Part shown: piece by piece, positions 24,552 through 32,000 of the stretch
How the letters are laid out: each line of letters opens with the position of its first letter
Position numbering within the stretch: the stretch's first letter is position 1
From: Candidatus Atabeyarchaeum deiterrae
GTDB lineage: Archaea; Asgardarchaeota; Atabeyarchaeia; Atabeyarchaeales; Atabeyarchaeaceae
Assembly: GCA_037310415.1 (NCBI GenBank)
Contig: CP147780.1
Location: 662,402 to 694,401, forward strand
Reading direction: 5' to 3'
DNA length: 32,000 bases
Program-made: the position numbers and the translations under genes
Notes under the pieces: model-generated
The model's input: only the letters and a program-made list of their open reading frames with translations
The model's database searches: none
Told to the model about the DNA's origin: nothing

Positions 24552-25283
24552 TTGTCCGCGCCACGTGTGAACACCGGAATACCTGGACTTGATAGCATAC
24601 TGCATGGAGGGTTCATAGAAGGAACAAACATACTCGTTCTCGGTGGGACAGGAACGGGGAAGACGATATTTTGCATGCAGTATCTGTATAACGGCGCAAC
24701 CCTATACAATGAGCACGGAGTCTTCGTCACGTTTGAAGAGAGACCGAAGGAGCTAAGGCTGGAAGCCAAGCAATTCAACTGGGATCTCAGGAAACTTGAA
24801 GAAGAGAATAAACTCGTCATAATCGATGCGGCGTCAAGCAAGGCGGGAATTCCATCTGACGAAGAGTATGCGATTCGTCGCGAGCTTGACATGAATATTC
24901 TTGCACAGGAGATTTACCGTGCGACGAGGAAGGTTGACGCTCAGAGGGTCGCAATTGATTCCCTTTCCGCTATAGGAATCAAGTTTGATGACGCAACGTC
25001 GGTGAGAACGGCCATTTACAAATTATCAAGCCTCCTAAGAGAACTTAACGTTACCTCCATAATGACTAGCGAGATGACGCATGAATCTGGGCAGTTGTCT
25101 AGGTTCGGAGTTGAAGAATACATCGCTCAAGGAGTTGTGGTGCTCTACCTCAGAGAAGAAGACGGGGAGTTGAGAAGATCACTCGTGGCCCAGAAGCTCA
25201 GAGCAAGTTCACACTCGCTAAGAAGGTATCCATTCGAGGTAAGTTCCAGAGGAATCACTGTGATGCCTGGAGGAGGACTCTGA
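24552..25283 (+). CDS. KaiC-like/RadA-paralogue RecA-superfamily ATPase (single domain)
   Basis: It carries TGIPGLDSILHGGFIEGTNILVLGGTGTGKTIFCMQYL, which is the Walker A. The Walker B is LVIIDAAS. The protein is 243 aa. Confidence 0.8.
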   Translation: MSAPRVNTGIPGLDSILHGGFIEGTNILVLGGTGTGKTIFCMQYLYNGATLYNEHGVFVTFEERPKELRLEAKQFNWDLRKLEEENKLVIIDAASSKAGIPSDEEYAIRRELDMNILAQEIYRATRKVDAQRVAIDSLSAIGIKFDDATSVRTAIYKLSSLLRELNVTSIMTSEMTHESGQLSRFGVEEYIAQGVVVLYLREEDGELRRSLVAQKLRASSHSLRRYPFEVSSRGITVMPGGGL

Positions 25284-25291
25284 GAGTGCTT

Positions 25292-25954
25292 CTAGATCAC
25301 GGAAGTAGGTTTTCCCGTTCTAAGTAGGGTTTCCTCGTCCTTGAGTATTCCACGCCTGAGGTATTCCTTGAGTCCTGGTGTTAAGAGCGGCTTTTTCCTC
25401 ACTGCGGGATAAGCGAAGGGGAGGCAATTAGCATAGCGCTTACTGATAGTTATCTCGATCCCTAGTCTTATGGGTATATCAGTGATGGGTTTGCCTGATG
25501 CTACCCGTAAAGCAACGAATACAGCACCATCTACAGAGAATTGATGTGGTCCCAGGTTGCGGCTTAACCAGTCTGGAAGTTTTTCTGTCAAATCATGTCT
25601 CGTTCTCCCTCTGGGTGGATGATCCCCCAGAATACCTCCCACTAAGAGGCTCGTATCATTGGCGAAATCCCCTGGAGACAATGGCGTCGGAGATTGTGGA
25701 TCAAGAATAATCATACCCCCCTTCGTGCTTCTCTTCAGGTCGACTATGCTCTTGTGGGAAACCTTTCCTATTGTACTCAACTTCTTTGCCTCATTCGCTT
25801 TCTTGACATTCGTGAAAAGCAGATTTTCATAGCCAGCTATCTTTGAGATGTGACTGTACTCTAGCCAAATCCATTTTCCGAGGATCGGCTCGAGGTGCTC
25901 TATTACTATGCAAACCTTCCTAGCATGCCTCTTAACATCGTGCAGAAGGTTCAT
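25292..25954 (-). CDS. Sfm1-like SPOUT methyltransferase (DUF431). The track ORF extends to 26062, but the ATG at 25954 fits the family N-terminus.
   Basis: VCIVIEHLEP..GKWIWLEYSHI...G..NLLFTN and GGILGDHPPRGRT match yeast Sfm1 as I recall it (IIEHME..W..LEY, GGILGDHPPRDRT). Confidence 0.7.
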   Translation of the reverse strand: MNLLHDVKRHARKVCIVIEHLEPILGKWIWLEYSHISKIAGYENLLFTNVKKANEAKKLSTIGKVSHKSIVDLKRSTKGGMIILDPQSPTPLSPGDFANDTSLLVGGILGDHPPRGRTRHDLTEKLPDWLSRNLGPHQFSVDGAVFVALRVASGKPITDIPIRLGIEITISKRYANCLPFAYPAVRKKPLLTPGLKEYLRRGILKDEETLLRTGKPTSVI

Positions 25955-26085
25955 CGCCAAATCGTCCCTTCTATGTGATCTGGGGTTTTGGGTTTTCAAT
26001 TGAGAACCAGAGGTTTGCCATAATTTATAAGTCTGAGTAAGGGTTGATCTGATAAATAACACTATTCTTGGAAGGGTGAACTGAA

Positions 26086-26973
26086 ATGGACTACTCGAAA
26101 TCGATCGAAGAGACAGGTCTAAAACTAATTTCTTTGGCAGTCACCGAACTTCCAAAGGATGTTCATAGCAAGTTGAAGAAAGCTTACGAAGAGGAGCAAA
26201 GCGAGATAGGGAGAACGCAGCTAAAGACTATCTTGGAGAACATTGAGTTAGCAGAGAAGTTGAAGTTGCCTATGTGTCAAGACACTGGGATCATCTCATT
26301 CTATGTTAGAGCTGGACACGGGTTTCAGGGAATTAGCTTCGTAGAAGACGCGCTGACAAAGGCCCTTCGACGTGCGACCAATGAGATCCCTTTACGCCCC
26401 AATGTTGTTCATCCACTTAGCCGTGCGAATTCTGGAGACAATACTGGTCTAAGGGTTCCACATATCGAATGGGAAATGGACAAGAACATTGACTTCTTAG
26501 AGGTTACAGTTTTTCCAAAAGGAGCCGGGAGCGAGAACATGTGCTCCTTTAAGATGCTAAGGCCAGGAGAAGGCGTACTGGGTGTCAAGAAATTCGTCAT
26601 CGATACTGTTGTTGAAGCTGGAGGTCAGCCGTGTCCCCCGATTATCGTGGGTGTCGGAATAGGTGGAACGGCTGATGTTGTAATGAGCCTTGCAAAGAGA
26701 TCCTTGACTAGTCCGCTGGATGAGACTAATCCGGATACAGAAATCGCTTCGCTCGAGAAGGAGCTTTATGGATTGTTAAACCAGACAGGAATCGGCCCCC
26801 AAGGTCTGGGTGGGAAGTATACGACACTAGCGGTCAAGATACTTCATTCCTACTGCCATACAGCTTCCTTGCCTGTAGCCTGTGCGATCCAGTGCTGGGC
26901 AGCTAGGAAAGCATCAGCCAGACTGAGTAATGACGGTACCGTAAGTTATCTTACGCACAGTGTTTTGAGGTGA
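26086..26973 (+). CDS. Class I (Fe-S) fumarate hydratase, alpha subunit (FumA N-terminal/TtdA-like)
   Basis: It carries LPMCQDTGI, FPKGAGSEN and GVGIGGT. The gene for the beta subunit follows 4 nt later. Confidence 0.9.
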   Translation: MDYSKSIEETGLKLISLAVTELPKDVHSKLKKAYEEEQSEIGRTQLKTILENIELAEKLKLPMCQDTGIISFYVRAGHGFQGISFVEDALTKALRRATNEIPLRPNVVHPLSRANSGDNTGLRVPHIEWEMDKNIDFLEVTVFPKGAGSENMCSFKMLRPGEGVLGVKKFVIDTVVEAGGQPCPPIIVGVGIGGTADVVMSLAKRSLTSPLDETNPDTEIASLEKELYGLLNQTGIGPQGLGGKYTTLAVKILHSYCHTASLPVACAIQCWAARKASARLSNDGTVSYLTHSVLR

Positions 26974-26977
26974 TCTC

Positions 26978-27586
26978 ATGGCGATCTTTGAGTTGAAAAC
27001 ACCAATTTCAAGAGACGATGTGAAGAAACTGAATGTTGGTGATAATGTGTATTTGTCGGGAACGCTCGTGACGGCGCGAGACCAAGCCCATAGGCGTGCT
27101 CTACAATATGATAAAGAAGGAAAACAACTACCCTTGTCCCTGCAAGGATTAGCTCTTTACCACTGTGGTCCGATAGTTGCTGAGAAGAAAGGCGAGAGAG
27201 TTGTCATAGCAGCGGGCCCGACCACTAGCACCAGAATGGATCAATTTGAAGACCAGTTCATCCAGAAGTTTGGGATCAGGATCATAGTGGGCAAAGGGGG
27301 AATGGGTGAAAAAACCGTCAAAGCATGCGAAAAATTCGGAGCGGTTTACTGCTCTTTCACTGGTGGAGCAGCGCTAATCGCAAAGCAGGGGATCAAGAAG
27401 GTAAAGGGTGTAGAATGGTCAGATCTCGGCATGGCTGAGGCAATGTGGATCTTCGAGGTGGATAGGTTCGGACCAGTTGTCGTCACAATAGATGCAAAAG
27501 GTAACAGCCTACATGACCAAGTTGCCCGCGAGGTCCACAAAAATGTCCTGGCAATATATGAAAAACTCGGATTAAAGAGTTCATGA
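26978..27586 (+). CDS. Class I fumarate hydratase, beta subunit
   Basis: It carries GD.VYLSGTLVTARDQAHRR, HCGPI, GKGGMG and FTGGAAL. Confidence 0.9.
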   Translation: MAIFELKTPISRDDVKKLNVGDNVYLSGTLVTARDQAHRRALQYDKEGKQLPLSLQGLALYHCGPIVAEKKGERVVIAAGPTTSTRMDQFEDQFIQKFGIRIIVGKGGMGEKTVKACEKFGAVYCSFTGGAALIAKQGIKKVKGVEWSDLGMAEAMWIFEVDRFGPVVVTIDAKGNSLHDQVAREVHKNVLAIYEKLGLKSS

Positions 27587-27645
27587 CTGCATTAAGTGGA
27601 GGAAAAGTCCTTTTCTAACTCGGCAAGTGACTGAGAATACGGTAT

Positions 27646-29364
27646 TTGCTGGGAAGGCGGTTAGTTTTGGCAGAGGGTTATGAGGTTATCGACACAGATG
27701 TTTTGGTCGTTGGCGCAGGAGGCGCAGGATGCAGAGCCGCTATTGAGGCTACGAACTATAATGTTTCGGTGACTCTGCTTAGCAAGGAACTTTTTGGTAA
27801 AGCTCATACTATCATGGCAGAAGGCGGCTACAATGCAGCTCTTGGCAATGTTGACAGAGAGGATAACTGCGACGTTCATTTCAAAGATACCGTGGAAGGC
27901 GGTGCCTATCTGAACAATCAGAACCTCGTGGAAATACTGGTTAAGGATTCCATTGAGCGCGTGTTTGACTTAGAGAATTTCGGAGGTTTGTTTGATAGAA
28001 CTGCTGAAGGCAAGATTGCTCAAAGACTCTTCGGGAAACAGACCTACCGACGGACATGCTATGCGAGTGACAGAACCGGTCATGAAATGATGGTAACTTT
28101 GGCAGAGGAGGTTAGAAGAAGAGACATCAGAATTATGGACGAGATTTTCGTTTCTCGTTTGCTGATGAGCGACGGAGAGGTCGCGGGCGCTTCGGCCATC
28201 AATATTAAAGATGGGCGATTCATCGTCTTTAGATCGAAAGCATTAATCTTGGCGACAGGAGGCACTGGGAGGATCTACTCTATAACCACCAATGCAATGC
28301 AGGACACCGGTGATGGGTACGCAATCAGCTTCGACTGCGGAGCTCAACTAGTTGATATGGAGCAATTCCAGTTCCATCCAACAGGCGTGGTATTCCCTGA
28401 GTCTGCTCGAGGAATCTTGGTTACTGAAGCGGTCAGAGGCGAGGGCGGGGTTTTGTATAATTCGATTGAAGATCGTTTCATGAGAAATTACAATCCGAAA
28501 CTCATGGAGGTTGCCGGAAGAGATGAAGTAGCAAGAAGCATTGCAAGTGAGATTCTTGGGGGAAGAGGAACCACTCATAATGGTGTGTATCTTGACGTAT
28601 CCCACCTTCCCTCGATTTTGATAGAAGAGAAGCTCTCGTCAATGCTGGAACTGTTTCTCAGAATCGGCGTTGACATACGAAATGAACCTATGGAAGTGAG
28701 TCCAACAGCACACCACTTGATGGGGGGGCTAAAAATCAACGAAAGGGCTGAGACCACTGTCAAGAGACTTTTCGCCGCCGGAGAGGTTACTGGAGGCGTT
28801 CATGGAGGGAACAGACTCGGCGGAAATGCCCTCGCGGACACCCAAGTGTTTGGAAAGATAGCAGGAGAGAACGCTGCATTGCTTGCCAAGTCTCTATCAC
28901 AGAGTCCCATTCCAAGCCGATCGCAAATCGACCAAGCATACAAGGAGGTCCATTCTCCTATAGATAGAAGAGAGGGTGGAAGTTCAATAGAGCTTAGAAA
29001 GAGGCTACAGAAACTTATGTGGGACAAAGTAGGTATATATCGGACAGGAGATGCGCTCAAGGCAGCTCTCAACGAAATCATGAAGATGAGAAACGAAGCA
29101 ATGAACACGGCCACTCGGGACAAGAAGCTCTCGTACAATAAAGAGTGGATGGAATCGCTCGAGGTGGCAAACATGTTGCTAACGTCGGAAATGGTGACTA
29201 GAGCAGCGCTAATGCGGGAGGAAAGTCGCGGAGCGCACTACAGAAGAGACTTCAACAGAACGGATAACAAGTGGCTGGCTAACATCCATATTGCCAAAGA
29301 AGGGAATGGAATGAAGCTCTGGGTTGAGCCAATAGTAGTCACGAAACTGAAGCCTCCAGTATGA
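27646..29364 (+). CDS. tfrA: Fumarate reductase/succinate dehydrogenase flavoprotein subunit (TfrA/SdhA type)
   Basis: DVLVVGAGGAGCRAAIEA is the FAD Rossmann motif. It also carries HTIMAEGG, FHPTG, GG.HGGNRLGGN and SRGAHYR. Confidence 0.9.
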   Translation: MLGRRLVLAEGYEVIDTDVLVVGAGGAGCRAAIEATNYNVSVTLLSKELFGKAHTIMAEGGYNAALGNVDREDNCDVHFKDTVEGGAYLNNQNLVEILVKDSIERVFDLENFGGLFDRTAEGKIAQRLFGKQTYRRTCYASDRTGHEMMVTLAEEVRRRDIRIMDEIFVSRLLMSDGEVAGASAINIKDGRFIVFRSKALILATGGTGRIYSITTNAMQDTGDGYAISFDCGAQLVDMEQFQFHPTGVVFPESARGILVTEAVRGEGGVLYNSIEDRFMRNYNPKLMEVAGRDEVARSIASEILGGRGTTHNGVYLDVSHLPSILIEEKLSSMLELFLRIGVDIRNEPMEVSPTAHHLMGGLKINERAETTVKRLFAAGEVTGGVHGGNRLGGNALADTQVFGKIAGENAALLAKSLSQSPIPSRSQIDQAYKEVHSPIDRREGGSSIELRKRLQKLMWDKVGIYRTGDALKAALNEIMKMRNEAMNTATRDKKLSYNKEWMESLEVANMLLTSEMVTRAALMREESRGAHYRRDFNRTDNKWLANIHIAKEGNGMKLWVEPIVVTKLKPPV

Positions 29365-29560
29365 GATCTTCAGATCCAACTCAGAATTCATCATACAGAA
29401 CCTGCAGAGTCTGCCATCTTATATTGAGCGATATATCATAAAGAAATAGTAAAAGTTGATTTACCGATTTGCAGTATTTCCTGGATCGAGTCAGTTCAGC
29501 CTGATCGAAGAGAAAGCTTGATGACACAATGACTGTGAAGCCAGTTCCTACTAATCCTAT

Positions 29561-31129
29561 TTGGTGGTCAAAATGAGCACTGAGTCGTTTGAATTGAAGT
29601 TATTCCGTTATGATCACGCTAAAGACGACGCTGCAAGATATCAGACCTATAGAGTTCCGTACTCTGATGGGATGACTGTGTTAGATGCCTTGGATTACGT
29701 ATATGATAACCTTGATCCAACACTAGCGTACAGAAAGTCATGCAGGCAGGGATCATGTGGATCGTGTGCAGTGCTAGTCGATACAAAACCATGCGCAGCT
29801 TGTCGTACTCTTGTGAAAAGGGGCAGGAGTATAACTGTTTCGCCGCTGTTGCATTTCGATGTAATAAAGGATCTCGTAACAGACATTAGTCGAGGAACCA
29901 GGAAACTGATGAGAGTCAGACCTTTTGTGGAGAGAACATCCTCGCCCGGAAGACCTGAAGTGATCAAGAGGAGCGACATTGAGCCGATAAAAGATCTGAG
30001 GAAGTGCATTGAGTGCTGGTCATGTATAAGCGCATGCCCTGCCATTTCGGAAGCTTGGCAGGAATTCGCTGGTCCTCTACCAATGAGACAATTGGCGAGG
30101 CTCAAGCTTGATCCTCGAGATATGGAAGATCGCGTCAAGATGGCCATCGCTGATGGGTTATACGATTGTACTACATGCAAGGCTTGTGTGGAGGCTTGCC
30201 CAAAGGAGATAGATATCCCGGCAAAAGCTATTGAGAAGTTGAGGTCATTCGCTGTAGAGCAGGGACTTGGTCCACTTCCAGGTCACATGGACTTTGTCCG
30301 ATTGGTCGACGAAACGGGAAGATCAGTTGCAAAGAAGGGCATTTCTTTGCTTGAACAGGTTCCCGAGGTCATAAAAGTGCGCGACCCCGTCGACAGAGTC
30401 GCATTTTTCACAGGGTGTTTGATTGACTTCAGAATGCAGGACACTGGCAAAGCTTTGATCAACACTCTCGTCACAAATAACGTTGAAGTATGTGTGCCAA
30501 AGAACCAAGTATGCTGTGGATCTCCCGCATTGAGGACAGGCTCCGTTGGAGTTGCAAGAAAACGAATCATTCAAAACACGGAGTTATTTGAGAAACTAGG
30601 TGTAGAGAAGGTTGTCGTTGGATGCTCCGGCTGCGGTCTAACTCTCAAGACCAACTTCAACGAGATTCTCGAGGATGAAATAGGCAGAAAAGCAGGATTC
30701 AGAGCGTATGACATCAATGAATACTTGGTGAAGGAAATAGGATTGGAGAACATGGTCAGACCAAGCAAGAAACTGAATCTGCGCTTGACATACCATGACC
30801 CATGCCACTTGTGCCGAGGTCAAGGAATCAGGCAAGAGCCGAGATCATTACTCAAGATGATCCCTGGCGTTGAGTTTGTCGAGATGAAAGATGCGGATAG
30901 GTGCTGTGGTAGTGGCGGAGGAGTTAGGGCTGGCAAGAGACAACTTTCAATGGCCATAGCCAGGAGAAAGGCGGAATTGGTTAGTCAAGCAAACGCAGAT
31001 TATTGTGTGACCTCTTGTCCATTCTGTACTATCCAGATTCAAGAGATCCTCCAAGCCTTGGGCATTGGAACAAAAGTCGCTAATGTTGTAGACATACTTG
31101 AAAGATCATACGGAAAGAAGGTAGTGTGA
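29561..31129 (+). CDS. tfrB: Fe-S subunit fused to two CCG (HdrB-like) domains: TfrB-type thiol:fumarate reductase subunit B (SdhB+SdhE fusion). The likely start is the ATG at 29573.
   Basis: The N-terminus has CRQGSCGSCAV...C, a 2Fe-2S motif. CIECWSCISACP and CTTCKACVEACP are 4Fe-4S ferredoxin motifs. The C-terminal half has two CCG modules (QVCCGSP, DRCCGSGGG) with CxGCG and CPFC. Confidence 0.85.
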   Translation: MVVKMSTESFELKLFRYDHAKDDAARYQTYRVPYSDGMTVLDALDYVYDNLDPTLAYRKSCRQGSCGSCAVLVDTKPCAACRTLVKRGRSITVSPLLHFDVIKDLVTDISRGTRKLMRVRPFVERTSSPGRPEVIKRSDIEPIKDLRKCIECWSCISACPAISEAWQEFAGPLPMRQLARLKLDPRDMEDRVKMAIADGLYDCTTCKACVEACPKEIDIPAKAIEKLRSFAVEQGLGPLPGHMDFVRLVDETGRSVAKKGISLLEQVPEVIKVRDPVDRVAFFTGCLIDFRMQDTGKALINTLVTNNVEVCVPKNQVCCGSPALRTGSVGVARKRIIQNTELFEKLGVEKVVVGCSGCGLTLKTNFNEILEDEIGRKAGFRAYDINEYLVKEIGLENMVRPSKKLNLRLTYHDPCHLCRGQGIRQEPRSLLKMIPGVEFVEMKDADRCCGSGGGVRAGKRQLSMAIARRKAELVSQANADYCVTSCPFCTIQIQEILQALGIGTKVANVVDILERSYGKKVV

Positions 31130-31257
31130 AGTTCTCTTAGGGCTAAGGTTGTTACCAACGGGACGTTCGTTTTGTGAAATGAAGCGTCTGGTCGCTCGAT
31201 TTTTACTCGGTCTGGGGTCATTTAAATATGGTGAACAGTGACTTTCAGTTGTAAAAG

Positions 31258-32000
31258 AATGTTCTTCGATTTTCCCGTCGGGGTAAGATCTTGTATCATG
31301 TCAGGCGAATGATAGGCAACCCAGCATTATCCAAGTATTCGATTCGAGCTGCAATCGTTTTTCTTCTATTATGTCTCGCAAGTCTAGTCTGTTTCAGCAA
31401 TCTGCATCTGGCTATTCTGGTTCTAGTATGTACATTGTCTGCGGTGCGCTTACTGTACGGTGAGCAACCCAATATCAAGGCTTACACGTTGCGGAGCAAT
31501 GGTAGGAGTCTAACCTTTTCCGATGATAAAAGGCAAAGGTTCATAGCGCTTTCAATTGTTGAAGCGAAATCGAGCAGAGTCATGGAAACAGGGGTCAACA
31601 ATTCAGAAGAAGCTCCCTCCAAGATTGTCAGAGCGACTAAGATATTCGCAGAACATGTTGGAGCTTTCAGCATCGAGGTCAAAGTCAGAGCTGGATCTAT
31701 TAGATACCTAGCAGTTGCTGATGCAAAAACCGTGGCAGAAGCATGTCAAAAATCAGAAACTTCTGCTGAAAGACTATTAAGAGTAGTTAGAGAGATGCAT
31801 GGAGTGAACTCTCGGGCAGGAATCTTGGAAGGAGAATATCTCAGAGACACCTTCATGAGCATCGTTGGGGGGGATTTTGGAACCCTTAAAGGTGTGGGTA
31901 ACGTCGTTCTCCGAGAAGGCGAATCCAGGAATGGAGCCTCTGGATTTGCCCTACTTACTGCCATCGACGGATCGATTGGGACAATAGGGCTGGATAGACT
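31258..32000 (+). CDS. Hypothetical membrane-anchored protein, N-terminal fragment running off the right edge. An alternative start is the ATG at 31309.
   Basis: I translated it by hand. It is stop-free from 31258 to the window end, about 247 codons. It is absent from the ORF track because it has no stop. The N-terminus is basic, followed by two hydrophobic segments (AAIVFLLLCLASLVCF and LAILVLVCTLSAV). TTTAAATA at 31221-31228 lies about 30 nt upstream. Confidence 0.5.

Noticed and set aside
24425-24892. A 155-aa minus-strand ORF
   Set aside because: It is antisense across the Lrp/KaiC-like junction and is Ser-rich and low-complexity. The KaiC-like Walker A on the plus strand is decisive.
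27346-30835. Minus-strand ORFs inside the fumarase beta, tfrA and tfrB genes (for example 28800..29174 and 29695..30180)
   Set aside because: They are shadow ORFs of strongly supported plus-strand genes.
31039-31964. Minus-strand ORFs of 60-72 aa (31039..31221, 31296..31478, 31482..31682, 31746..31964)
   Set aside because: The plus strand has an uninterrupted frame of about 247 codons with a plausible promoter and TM segments. The fragmented minus-strand ORFs are its shadows.
1-32000. A search for CRISPR arrays, IS elements or transposases, integrases next to tRNAs, toxin-antitoxin pairs or known defence genes
   Set aside because: No regularly spaced repeats are present. No DDE, tyrosine or serine recombinase motifs appear in any listed ORF. 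The tRNA flanks are occupied by housekeeping genes. Nothing supports a mobile or defence island here.

Overview
The window is an archaeal chromosomal segment, about 45% GC by eye, and is mostly housekeeping. Genes use strong GGAGG-type Shine-Dalgarno sites.

Coding content on the minus strand at the left edge is SPOUT(COG2106)-rpl3-rpl4-rpl23-rpl2. After that come 6-phospho-3-hexuloisomerase, a MoaD/SAMP-like beta-grasp protein ending in GG, S17e, an ArsR regulator, Orc1/Cdc6, a COG2100 radical-SAM protein and a TtuA/NcsA-type PP-loop ATPase. Further right are archease, a DUF92 membrane protein, Elf1, a multi-OB RPA, a SWIM protein, PGK, a Mut7-C nuclease, a dihydroorotase-like amidohydrolase and a 4xCBS protein. 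The window ends with an NFACT/RqcH homologue, Lrp/AsnC, a KaiC-like ATPase, an Sfm1-like SPOUT methyltransferase, and a two-subunit class I fumarase followed by a TfrA/TfrB-type soluble fumarate reductase.

RNA genes found by eye are an SRP (7S) RNA, one C/D-box sRNA candidate and five tRNA genes.

The most unusual feature is the tRNA set. The five genes can only be folded into cloverleaves if about 11 introns are removed: Glu 2, Gly 3, Ser 2, Pro 3, Thr 1. Most sit at non-canonical positions (D-loop, anticodon stem or loop 5' side, variable loop, T-loop). Several junctions carry 3-6 nt micro-duplications.

Elf1 together with multi-intron tRNAs suggests a TACK-type archaeon; this is inference only.

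I saw no CRISPR array, transposase, integrase or recognisable defence system, and nothing I can defend as a new multi-gene system. All calls come from manual reading and remembered family motifs; no searches were run.
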